The notes under the pieces were generated by a model, which made no database searches, was not told where the DNA came from, and was given only the letters and a program-made list of their open reading frames with translations. A stretch of DNA of 64,000 bases from NCBI GenBank assembly GCA_013265495.1, contig MU058636.1, positions 2,294,001 through 2,358,000 of the forward strand, read 5' to 3'. Every line of letters begins with the position of its first letter. Position 1 is the stretch's first letter. The DNA comes from Vicugna vicugna. Taxonomy: Eukaryota. A program made the translations under genes and the position numbers. Positions 51,801 through 62,548 of this stretch are shown one piece after another.

Positions 51801-54395
51801 CAGAAAATATCTGGAGACAAATGGAAATGGAAACAACTAGCCAAAATCTATGGGATGCAGCAAAAACAGTTCTGAGAGGGAAGTTTATAGCAATACAGGT
51901 CTACCTCAGCAAAGAAGAAAAATCTCAAACAATCTCACTTTACACCTAAAGGAAATAGAAAAAGAAGAACAAACAAAACCCAAAATTAGTGGAAGGAAAG
52001 AAATCATAAAGATCAGAGCAGAAATAAATGGAGACTAAAAAATAAAAGTAGAAAAAACCAAACTAAGATTTGATCTCTTGAAAAGATAAAACCATGGATA
52101 AACCTTTAACCAGACTCGTCAAGAAAAAAAGAGAGAGGACCCAATTAAAATCGGGGAAAAAAGCTCTGCACAGCAAAGGAAACTCAACAAAATGAAAAGG
52201 CCTCCTACTGAACACGATAAGATATTTGCAAATGATATATCTGATAAGGGGTTAATATCCAAAATATACAAAGAACTCATGCAACTCAACATCAGAAAAG
52301 CAAACAACCCAATTAAAAAATGAGCATTTCCTAGGTCAGTCTCTCAAGGCAATAGAAATAAAAGCAAAAATATATGGGACCTAATCAAACGTATAAGCTT
52401 CTACACAGCAAAGGAAACCATAAGCAACATGAAAAGACAACCTACAGAATGGGAGAAAATATTTGCAAATGATGCAACTGACAAGGGCATAATTTCCTGG
52501 ATATACAGACAGCTCATACAAATCAACAAGAAGAACAAAACCCAATCAAAAAGTGAGAAGAAAACCTAAATAGACATTTCTGCAAAGAAGACATACAGAT
52601 GGCCAATAGGCACATGAAAAGATGCTCAATATTGCTAATTATTAGAGAAATGCAAATCAAAACTACAATGAGGTATCACTTCACATTGGTCAGAATGGCC
52701 AATATTAAAAAAGTCCACAATAAATGCTGGAGAGGGTGTGGAGAAAAGGGAACCATTTTACATTGTTGGTGGGAATGTAAATTGGTACAGTCACTATGGA
52801 AAACAGTATGAGGTTTCCTTAAAAAAGTAAAAATAGAGTTACCGTATGATCTAACAATCCCACTCCCTGAGCATATATCTGGAAAGAAAAAAAACTAATT
52901 CAAAAAGATACATCCACTTCAGTGTTCATAGCAGCACTGTTTACAATAGCCAAGACATGGAAGCAACCTACATGTCCATAGACAGATGACTGGGTAAAGA
53001 AGATGTGGTATATATGTACAATAGAATACTGCTCAGCTATGAAAAAAAAAGAATGAAATACTGCCATTTGCAGCAACATGGATAGACCTAGAGATGATCA
53101 TACTAAGTGAAGTAGGTCAGACAGAAAAACACAAATATCATACAATATCACTTATACGTGGAATCTAAAAAAATGATACCAATGAGCTTGTTTACAAAAC
53201 AAACAGATTCAGGCATAGAAAACAAATTAATAGTTATCAGAGAAGAAAGGGGAAAGGGATAAATTAGAGGTTTGGGGTTAGCAGACACAAACTACTGTAC
53301 ATAAATAGAAAAACAACGGTCCTATTGTAGAGCACAGGGAACTATATTCAGTATCTTGTAATAACCTGTAATAAAAAGAATATGAAAAAAATGTATAACT
53401 GAATCACTATGCTGTACACCAGAAACTTAACACAACATTGTAAATCAACTATACTTTAATTTAAAAAACTGGGTGGAGGACCTGAATAGAAATTTTCCAG
53501 AGACATACAGATGGCCAACAGATGCATGAAAAGATACTCGGTATCACTATTCATCCAGGAAATGCCCATCAGAACCACAGTGAGATAACACTTCACACCG
53601 TCAGAATGGCTATTAAGAAAAAGACAACAAATAACAAATGTTGGTGAGGATGTAGAGAAAAGGGAACTCTTGTGCACTGTTGGTGGAAATATTAATTAGT
53701 GCAGCCACTGTGGAAGAGTGGTGGTTCCTCAAAAAATTAAAACTAGAACTACCATGTGATCCAGCAATTCACTTTTGGGTATTTTTCTGAAGAAAACGAA
53801 AACGCTAATTTGAAAAGATGTCTGCACTCCTACATTCATTGCAGCATTATTTACAGTAGACAAGATTTTGAAAGTAAGTGCCCATCATCAGATAAATGGA
53901 TAAAGAAATTGTGGTATCTATACAATGGAATAATACTCAGCCATAAAAAATGAAATTTTGCCATTTGTGACATATGGATGGATCTAGAGGGTATTATGCT
54001 AAGTGAAATAAGTCAGACAGAGTAAGACAAATACTATATGATTTCAGTTACTGTAGAATCTAAAAAACAAAACAAAGGAACAAACATAACAAAACAATTA
54101 GAATCATAGATATAGAGAGCAAACTGGTGATCACCAAAGGGGAGGAGTGAGGGGAGGTTGGGCAAAATGGGTGAAGGGGATTAAGAGATACAAACCTTTA
54201 GTTATAAAATAAATAAGCCACAGGGATGTAATATACAGCATAAGGAATATGTTAATAATATTGTAATGACTGTATTGGGACAGGTGGTTGCTAAACTTAC
54301 TGTGACGATCACTTCATAATATATGCAAATGTCAAATCATTATGTGGTACATCTGAAATTAACAAAATACTATAATCAACTATATTTCAATTAAC
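48873..54395 (+). mobile_element. 5'-complete but inactive L1 (5' UTR, ORF1 remnant, ORF2 remnant with large internal deletion, 3' UTR)
   Basis: Starts GGGAAGAGGAGGTGGCCAAGATGGC (YY1-type motif at 48889-48897). ORF1p-like EISNLPSKDFMVMITKTLNELGRR at 49829-50023. ORF2 endonuclease remnants begin near 51055. The 3' UTR ends near 54395. Confidence 0.92.
52327..53468 (+). mobile_element. Younger 5'-truncated L1 nested in the L1 above
   Basis: Second copy of the ORF2 C-terminus ([27 protein letters not shown]) with a different 3' UTR. The host sequence is split at AAAAAATGAGCA / AAAAAACTGGGT. Confidence 0.85.
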
Positions 54396-54879
54396 AAACC
54401 CCTGTACTTTTATTATAGGTCCTTAAATATTATTATAGTATGAGAACATACTATTAGATTTTTTAATAGAATTTAAGCAGAGGTTTTTTTTTTTTTCAGA
54501 TTGAAAAAATATAAGGGACTTTAAAATGTTTCTTCCTTTAAAGATGAAAAATCAAGTCTTGAAAATTGAGAGTTTGCTTCCAGATCTTGAATTTATTTCT
54601 GGAGCCAGTAGACGTGCTTTGTCAGTTGTACTCTGTCTTTTTGCTTCTTTTTGGCGTCTTGACCTGGTGAAGACAGGAAAGAGCTATATATTGTTCACCT
54701 CTGTGATGACATAGAGGTCACACAGAGGACAGGGCTTTGGGTCAGCGAGGGACCAGGTGGAATCTGCTCTCAGTTTGGCCAGGCTTATCTACTTTTGGAG
54801 AGACGGATTGATTTTTAACTCAAGACTTAGACCACTCTTTTTATCTGTTTTTGGTTTTAGAAACCCTGCAAAACATAAA

Positions 54880-56780
54880 CCAAGTAATTTTTTCACCCAC
54901 TTTAATTTTGAAAGTTAGAGAAAAACAGAAAGAACAGTACATAGAACACCCAATATAACCTTCATGAGATCTGCCAGTTGTCAACTTATTGTCTTATTTC
55001 CTCATGACTAGATTCAGGATAAGCATTTTTGGCAAGAAGGTGGCTGGCGCATGTACTTAACTGTGTCACGTCAGGAGCCACGTGAGGTCAGTTTGTCCCA
55101 CTTACTGGTGTTGCGAAGTGTGATCACTTGGTTGACAGGTCGTGGCTGCTGAGCTCTCCATTGTAAAAGTACAGCTTTTCTTTTGTAATTAGTAAGTAAT
55201 CTATGAAGTAATAGTTTGAGACCTTGCATGTGTCCTGTTCCCTAAGAGTCTTTCACCCTGAGGTTTTAGCATCCATGAAAAAACTGCCTCAATCATTTAT
55301 AACACAGTCATTGGGGATGGGAAAGGATTGAAAAATTGTGATGTTTTATTATTCTTCCTGCCTTGATTGGTTGACAAATATTTGTAAAGCCAGATTTCCC
55401 CCTATTTCTCTTTCTCTTTAAGGTATCCTTATGGACACATGAATTCTTAATGTTTTATAATCCATTTCTATCATTACTCTTCCTAAATGCCCTAAATCTT
55501 ATCATTTTAATGAAAATACAGACTTTCCATTTGAAAAAACATTACATTGGGATTAAAATGCTAAAAATTTAAACTTTAGCATTACTAATTGTTATTTCAC
55601 AGAATATTGAATATACTTCACCTACTTTAGTTATCACAATCATCGTTGTCTTAGAAGTTACGACAAAGATACCCTATGTTTGCCGTAGGGAGGCATCACT
55701 GCCCTTAATACTACTGATGTCTTGCCCGATTACGTGAGAAAGTCACAAGATCAGGACAAGCCAGGGCAGCTAGAGCCTTGCTTCATTCAGCACTGTGGCT
55801 TAAAAGTAGGCATTGTGTTATGAAAATCTAAGAGGAGACAAAGGGAATCCAATGAGGCCCCAAAAGCGTTGCATTGTTCTTTTTTAAACATTTTATTATG
55901 GAAAATTTCAAACATCCAAAAGTAGATAGAAAAAGATAATATAATCTCATGTTCCCATCACCTACCTTCCATGATTTAATCTGTGGCCAATCTTATTTCA
56001 TCTATATTTTTTTCACCTACTTACCCCTTCAATATTATTTTGAAATTCCAGATATTGTTTATATGTGTAAATATTTATATGTGTAAATATTGTTTATATG
56101 TGTAAATATTATAGCCAATATTGTTACCACACCTAAGTTCATGATAATTTCTCATAATTGAATGCCCAGTCAGTATTCAGACTTTTGAAGCCCCAATAAG
56201 TGTCTTTTTTTTTTCTGCTGTTTTGTTGAATCTGGATTCAAGTAAGTTACACACATTGTGATTGGTTTTTGTGCCAACTGTCTCTTATTTTATGGGTTCT
56301 ACCTCCTTCTTGTCTTTTTTTCTTTTTCTTGCTATTTGTTGAGGAAATCATGCTGTTCTACAGTTTCCCACAGGCTAGATTTTACCATTTGCACCTTGAT
56401 CGGATTCAGTTTCATTATTTTTGAGATCACTTCATAGATGGTGTGTTTTTCCATAATAAGACATTAATGCCTAACAGGCTTCATTTCGTGATGTTGGTGG
56501 CCATTGCTGCACAATGCATAGATCCATTTATTTATTAGAGTCTTCAGAAATGGTGATTCTGAACCTGTCATTCCTTCTCCACTTCACGTCAGAATACCTC
56601 CTTCAGAGGAAACTTACTGGGACCTCCCATTTGGTTACCCAGGGGTAGAGTTGATACAGCAAGGGCAGGGAAAATATACTTTCTTCTTAACTTATTTTTA
56701 GCCATTTTCAAAATAAGTTTTTTTTAAATACTCTGTCCAGCGACCAATTCATTTTTATTGTTGTTGTCAGTATCATAATG
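54880..56780 (-). mobile_element. Old L1 (L1MC/ME-like) 3' fragments, antisense
   Basis: ttttattatggaaaatttcaaacatccaaaagtagatag, ttgcgaagtgtgatcacttggtt, ctctccattgtaaaagtac. Confidence 0.65.
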
Positions 56781-56949
56781 AAGGTGCATATTGTTTAATC
56801 AGTATTTTTGTTTTATTTTGTTCGCTTGCTTGATCACAGACCAAACTACCATTTTAGGGACCGGGTCTGGCTTCAGAGGCTCTCTCTTCCCTTAATAAAA
56901 CAAAAACTGAATACCTCCAGGGTTTGGCTTTGGGTGAAAGACAGGCAAG

Positions 56950-58250
56950 GTCAGCACCCAGATTCCATGACTCTTTATTGCACCTTGAACGTTGAAGGAC
57001 TCATCCGCCTTGTCTTGGCTGTCTGGCATCCACCCTCACTTCCTGATAACACTGAATTCTTTAGGGGAACCACCTTTCCTCCATCGTGTGCCGTCTTGGG
57101 GGAGATAGTGCCTCTTCCCTCTCTTGAATGCTAAGAAGGTCCACAGCTCTGCTCTGGGTGCATCCTGGGCTTGGACTCTAGAGCAGAAACAGGAGGAGGA
57201 CTCATCGCTGGCAGGAGCAGTGCCCTTTGCCCTTTGTGCTGCAGATCACTGCTGCGATGGTGCTGCTTTATCTCTGGCGCTCCCCTGGCTCTTCATTGTT
57301 TCCTAGCCTGTTCTGAGGCTTTTTATTGAAGTTGTGAGCGCCTACTATCATCCCAGTGAATTTCCGTGTGCTTAAGATAAACAGAAGGCATGCGTTTGCT
57401 TTCAGTCAGCACCTCTGGATGATACAGTAATTGGCATCAGACAGTTGGTGTTACAGGGAATACATCCCCAGAGAGACACGGGAAATGGGGGATTCGTTAT
57501 CCAACTAAGTTTAGGCAGTGAATCCAGGTAGGAAATCTAGCTGTTTCTGGCAGGCAGTTGCAAAACAGCTACCTCATCTGGTCACATGAGTTCCCTTGTC
57601 CAGTTACAGCAAGCTTCTGAGCAACCGGATATGAAAATGTCAGCGTGGTGGGGTGGCTGCTTCTGACAGCCTTGGAAAGTTTAAATTACGTGCTCAAATC
57701 TGCAGACCAACGTACAGAAATCTAAAGAATGTCATTTCTTACAGGTGGAGCACAGGGCAAAAGACAGATGTGTCTCCTGACTCAGTATGGCTGTTAAAGT
57801 TACTGTCCTGCCAGATTTAAAGTGTGAAAACTGGAGCACTGATTAGGACCCTGAGAACTGAGTTAAGTGGGAACAACTGAAGGGAGCAGTTTCTTCACTT
57901 AGAAGGATGGCGTTCCTTTTTTCCCTAAGACTTCCTTCACCTGAGGGGTCAGCCTCTCAGGGAAAGCCAATAAGCCTCTTGCCACAGTGCTCTTTGCTTC
58001 CAAACGCAGAGCCAGTGGGGAGAGCTGAGCATGCCCCCTGGCGGCCAAACAAAGAAATCTAACATGGAAAGAATTTGAGGACTTTGCCAATTTATGCCTG
58101 CAAGAACTTCAGGAACATGTGAAGGAACAGATTCTGAATGTGCTTTTGGAATATCAATGCGATGCCCTTATACAAAGTGATTCTAGATTCATTTAACTCA
58201 AGAAGCTGAATGTGTTTTTAATAATTTGCAAAATTGGATTCAGGCCCACG
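56950..58250 (+). mobile_element. MaLR (MLT1-like) LTR plus degraded internal region
   Basis: LTR-end-like tttccgtgtgcttaagataaacagaagg...gatgataca, followed at once by gtaattggcatcaga, the usual start of MLT internal sequence (about 57428). Confidence 0.5.
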
Positions 58251-58294
58251 CTGGATGAAGCCGAGATGCCAGGTGGCATTAGTGTAGTGCACAA

Positions 58295-58477
58295 CAGTGG
58301 TTCTCAAACGTTGTGTTCATCAGAATCACGGGATAGCTTTAGAAAACAGATTACTGGGCCCCATCCCTGGAGTTTGTAATTCAGGAGGTTTCTGGGGAAG
58401 CCCAAGGATTTGTTTCCAACAAGTTCTCAGGTGGTGGTGATGCTGTGAATCCAGGGACCACACTCTGAGAACTGCAG
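58295..58477. mobile_element. MER5A (hAT-Charlie MITE)
   Basis: cagtggttctcaaa...cagaatcac...cagattactgggcccca...gggaccacactctgagaac. Confidence 0.88.
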
Positions 58478-58667
58478 GTATAGAGGGAGCAAATTGAATT
58501 GAGAGACAGGAAGGTTGGAGTGGTTTGCCTGTGTAAATCCCTATTCACTGGCCACCTATCTGTCTTTCCCAAGATAAGCTAGACAACTATACCTTGACCC
58601 AAGATTTCAAACGTATGTTAGTGCTGGCTTCAAAGCACCCATGTAGTCTTTCTTGTATAAATTATAC

Positions 58668-59115
58668 CTTATGATTTTTTGACATTTCCATGGTGCAAAA
58701 ACAATTGGAAATCAGTAGAAACTGTATTTCGAATTTTTAATGTGACTTTTCCCCGGGCTGGAGACCTGCAGTATATACTGTCCTGTGATGCAGGGCTCCC
58801 CATCAGCCACGCTATCACAGGAGTAAACAGTCAATAAACTTACATCGTTCTGGACCCAGACAGCCATTCTGACTTTGCTTCCAGTATAGTATTTGATAAA
58901 TGACATGAGATATTCAACACTTTATTATGAAATAGGTTTTGCATTAGATGACTTTGCCTGACTGTCAGCTAATGTAAGTGTTCTGAGCATGTTGAAAGTA
59001 GGCCAGGCTAAGCTATAATGTTCCAGAAGTTAGTGTATTAAATGCATTTTTGATTGATGATATTTTCAGTTTACAGTGGGCTTATCCAGATTTAACCCCA
59101 TAAGCCAAAGATCGT
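58668..59115. mobile_element. Tigger3/MER7-like DNA transposon
   Basis: tcagtagaaactgtatttcgaattttt...gagatattcaacactttattatgaaataggttttgcattagatg...gtaggccaggctaagcta. Confidence 0.8.
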
Positions 59116-59119
59116 AGTT

Positions 59120-59144
59120 TCTTGCCTCATTGAGTTTCAAAAGT

Positions 59145-59183
<39 letters not shown>

Positions 59184-61073
59184 TTGATGTATACTGGATA
59201 TAAACGATCTGTCAGATATATGTATTGCAAATACCTTCTGGAATCTTGGCTTGCCTTTTCATTTTCTTATTGATGTGTTTCAAAAAGAAAATTTTAATTT
59301 AGATGAAATCCAGTTAATCGATCTGTGTGTTGGTGTTTTGTGCCTTTGGCGTGCTAAGAAATTTTGCTTAACCCAGGGTTACAAAGATTTTCTGTGTGTT
59401 TTCTTCTGGAAATTTTATGTTAACTTTGATATCCTAACAATGTTGTCTTCTAATTCATAAACATGTATCTTGCCATTTATTTAGGTTTTCTTTAATTTCT
59501 CTCAGCATTGTTTTATAGTTTTCAGTGTCCAGGTCTTAAACATCTTTTGTTAAATTTATCCCCAGGTGTTTTGTTTTTTGATGCCACCTTTTTGTTGTTA
59601 AGTGGTATTATTTTTGATTTTTATTTTTTCAGTTGTTGTTGCTAGTGTGTAGACATACAACTGATTTTTGTACATTGGCTTTGAATTCTGTGAGATTGCT
59701 AGATTCATTTATTAGTTCTGTTTTTTTTTTAATGAAAGTTTAGAATTTTCTGTGTCATGTCATATGCAGAAAAACAGCTTTACTTTGTCCTTACCAATCT
59801 GTATGCATTTTATTTCTTCCTCTTGCCTTATGGCTAGAACCTCAGTGTGGTGTTGAATAGGAATTATAAGACCGGGTATCCTTGCCTCATTCCCAGTGGT
59901 AGGGGGAAGCATCCAGTCTTTTTACCATGAAGTATCCTGTTAGCTGTATGGGGTTTCTGTTTGTTTGTTTTTGTTTTGTAGTTGTCCTTTATTAGTTTAA
60001 TCCTAGTTCCTTGAGAATTTTTGTCATGAATAGATATTGAATTCTGTTTAATGCACCTGTTGATATGATCATGTGGGTTTTTTCCCTTTTGTCTAATGTT
60101 AATATGATGTGTTATTACATTAAGTGATTTTCAAATATTGAGCCAACCTTGCAGTTTCTAGATGAACCCCAATCGGTCAGAACATTATATCTTTCTTTAT
60201 GTACTGCTTGATTGATTAATATTTTGTTGTGAATTTTTAATTTATGTTCATGAGGGATATTAGCCTGAGGCGTTGAAATCACTTTCTGGGCCCTGGATGG
60301 AGCTCCTTCCGCCCAGGCCGCCACATCAGCAAATCAAAACCTAGGTAACTTTATGTCTGAAGGTGCTTCTCTTGACTGGAAAAGCAGTATATCCCGTCAG
60401 CCAGTTCCCAAATGCCAGTCAGCTATGGGGTCTGTACAGTTGGCCCTCTGTATTGGCAGATTCCATATCCATGGATTCAACCAACCACAGATCTAACATT
60501 TGGGGAGCCAAAAAGGTCCAGACACTTCCAAGAAGCAAAACTTGAATTTGCCATGCCAGCGACTATTTACATAGCATTTGCATTGTATTGGGTATTATAA
60601 ATAATCTAGAGGTGATTTAAAGTGTACGGGAGGATGTGCAGAGGTTATATGCAAATACTGTGCCATTTTATATAAGGGACTTGAGCATCTATGAATTTTG
60701 GTAGCCTCAGGGCGAGGAGGAGGGAGGGGTCCTGGAACTGATCCTGAGAATACCAAGGGACACTGGACTTACTTCCTCGATCCTTATTCTTTATCCTTTG
60801 AAAGCTCCCTGCCTTCTGCCCCATTTTGCATTTCTCCACATGGAGATTGTCCGCATCATGAAGTGTTAAACTTTGTATCCTGTCCTTTTAAATTAGTATT
60901 TTTTTTAAACAATAGTTTGCTTTCCTTGTAGTTTCTTTTCTGGTTTTGCATCAGGATAATGCTGGCTTCATAAAACCAATTGGGAAGTGTTCCTTTCTTC
61001 TACTTTCTGGAAACACTTGTGTAGAATTAATCTGTTTGTTCCTTAAATGTTTGGCAATGAAATCATTTGGGCT
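59120..61073 (-). mobile_element. Old L1 ORF2 fragment, antisense, interrupted by a solo LTR/MER2 and by the ERV
   Basis: gtcagatatatgtattgcaaata, tatccttgcctcattcccagtggtagggggaagc, ttcatgagggatattagcc...ctggttttgcatcaggataatgctggc; (TTTA)n at about 59144-59185. Confidence 0.8.
60437..60765. mobile_element. MER2 (TcMar-Tigger MITE)
   Basis: TA|cagttggccctctgtatt...ggattcaaccaaccacagat...ggttatatgcaaatactgtgccattttatataagggacttgagcatc...aataccaagggacactg; terminal inverted repeats are recognisable. Confidence 0.88.
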
Positions 61074-61364
61074 TGTGAGAAGGAAAAGGTTGGGCTGGGC
61101 CAAGACTGGGCTGGGCTAACTCATGAATTGTAAGTCTCACCTTGCTAGACCGGTTTCGGGTTACTGCAAGTGACCCTTTGCTTCCGCTTTTATGATACTG
61201 CTAGCTGTACTCAGCCTATTGGTTGATGGACCCCGAGCTTGTAACCTAGAGGCGCTCAGAGCTTCGGAGTGTAAACCCCTCTAAGTCTGCCGCCGTAATA
61301 AACCTGAGTACTCCAACCCTCAGAGTAGTGCTTGTTTATTGGCTGGTCTGTCGTTTCCATAACA
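61074..61364 (+). mobile_element. 5' LTR of a class I ERV (291 bp)
   Basis: Bounded by TGTGAGAAGGAAA and TTTCCATAACA; AATAAA at 61297-61302; followed 4 nt later by a primer binding site. Confidence 0.85.
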
Positions 61365-61368
61365 TTTC

Positions 61369-61386
61369 TGGAGGCCCCAGCGAGAT
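61369..61386 (+). promoter_or_regulatory. ERV primer binding site, tRNA-Thr
   Basis: TGGAGGCCCCAGCGAGAT is the reverse complement of ATCTCGCTGGGGCCT-CCA, the 3' end of a mammalian tRNA-Thr(UGU) as I recall it. Confidence 0.8.
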
Positions 61387-62548
61387 TCAACCACACCGGC
61401 CCCTTGAGCCACTGGACTGGTGGCTCTGGCCAATGTGGGGGACGAAACTCTGGTGACAAACAAGGTGGTGCCACCTGATGGTATTCCAGGTTCTCTTCCA
61501 CGGCGGCGGCTCAGCCCCCCATGAGGCTGGACCTCAGCCAGACTTGGAGGGACAGACAGACTCACCAGGCAACCGTCCGGACAAGGTAGGACCACGGGAA
61601 AGGTCAGGTCCTGTCCCAGTGGACAGAAGAGGAGGCTGATCCCCTCTTGCACCCGAATGGTGCACCAGGTTTCAGGATAATGTGGGAGGACTGTTGTTAA
61701 CCTGTGTGTGTGTGTGTGTTTGTGTATGTGTGTGAACATGCGGGCTGGAAAGCATGCGATCAGGCTTGAATTTGTAGCTCCACAGCCTCTGGCTATGGAG
61801 TTCGAGTGAGTCCCAACCTGCGGTTCCATGGTGACCTCGTACGGCTCAGGGCAGTATTGACCCCTCAGGGTATCGATCGGAGTCAGCGGCTTATACTGAC
61901 CCGCCAAAGCTAAGAGGCATCTCCATCCCCGCGAGGGGAGCAGCCAGGCGGACGCAGCGAAAACCCTCCCTTGTCTTGTCTGCGACACCGGCACAGGGTG
62001 GCCACACCGGCAAGGAAAGGGACATAAAACAGCCAATGAGTCAGCGCCCCCGTGCCCCCAGAGGCTAGGACACCATTTCTTTGAGAAAGTCTCTTACCTA
62101 ACCTGGTCACACAACACCCGAGACTTCTGTCCCAGCTCCTGAACCGACCTAATGCGTGTCCCTCTTGCCTAATCTCAGACCCTCAGGACTTGAGTTTAGA
62201 ACAGATTTCTTCAAGACTAGGCTCACCCGGCCTTAGAAGTCCCCTTTCCAGTCCATTTGTTTAGCCATCAACTGTCAATCCCAGTCCCTTGGTATGTTCA
62301 GGATATAAGGAGGATTTGGTGAGGAAGCCCCTGGAGCTAGCTCTTGCCTTGGGCTTCAGAGATGTCAGCCGTGGCTGGAACCTGGACTCTCTGACCAAGT
62401 TAGCCTTCAGGCGATTCATAGAGCCAGCAAGAGAGCGGTCCTTCTGGGAGCTCCTGTGCTTTGAAGAGTGGAGAAGGAGGAGATATAAAGGCTACCTTCC
62501 CAAGCACCCAAAGCAGCAGGCCTACCACCCTTAAAACGCCGAGACTAA

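Noticed and set aside
48855..54411. TSD for the large L1 (aagaacttacacttt versus aaacccctgtacttt)
   Set aside because: Too degenerate to call.
56052..56110. Triplicated TTTATATGTGTAAATAT
   Set aside because: Ordinary slippage repeat inside an old L1 fragment.
61320..62036. 238-aa antisense ORF over the ERV leader
   Set aside because: Non-ATG start, includes a translated (CA)n run, and lies in GC-rich sequence with no recognisable motif. It cannot be supported without a family consensus.
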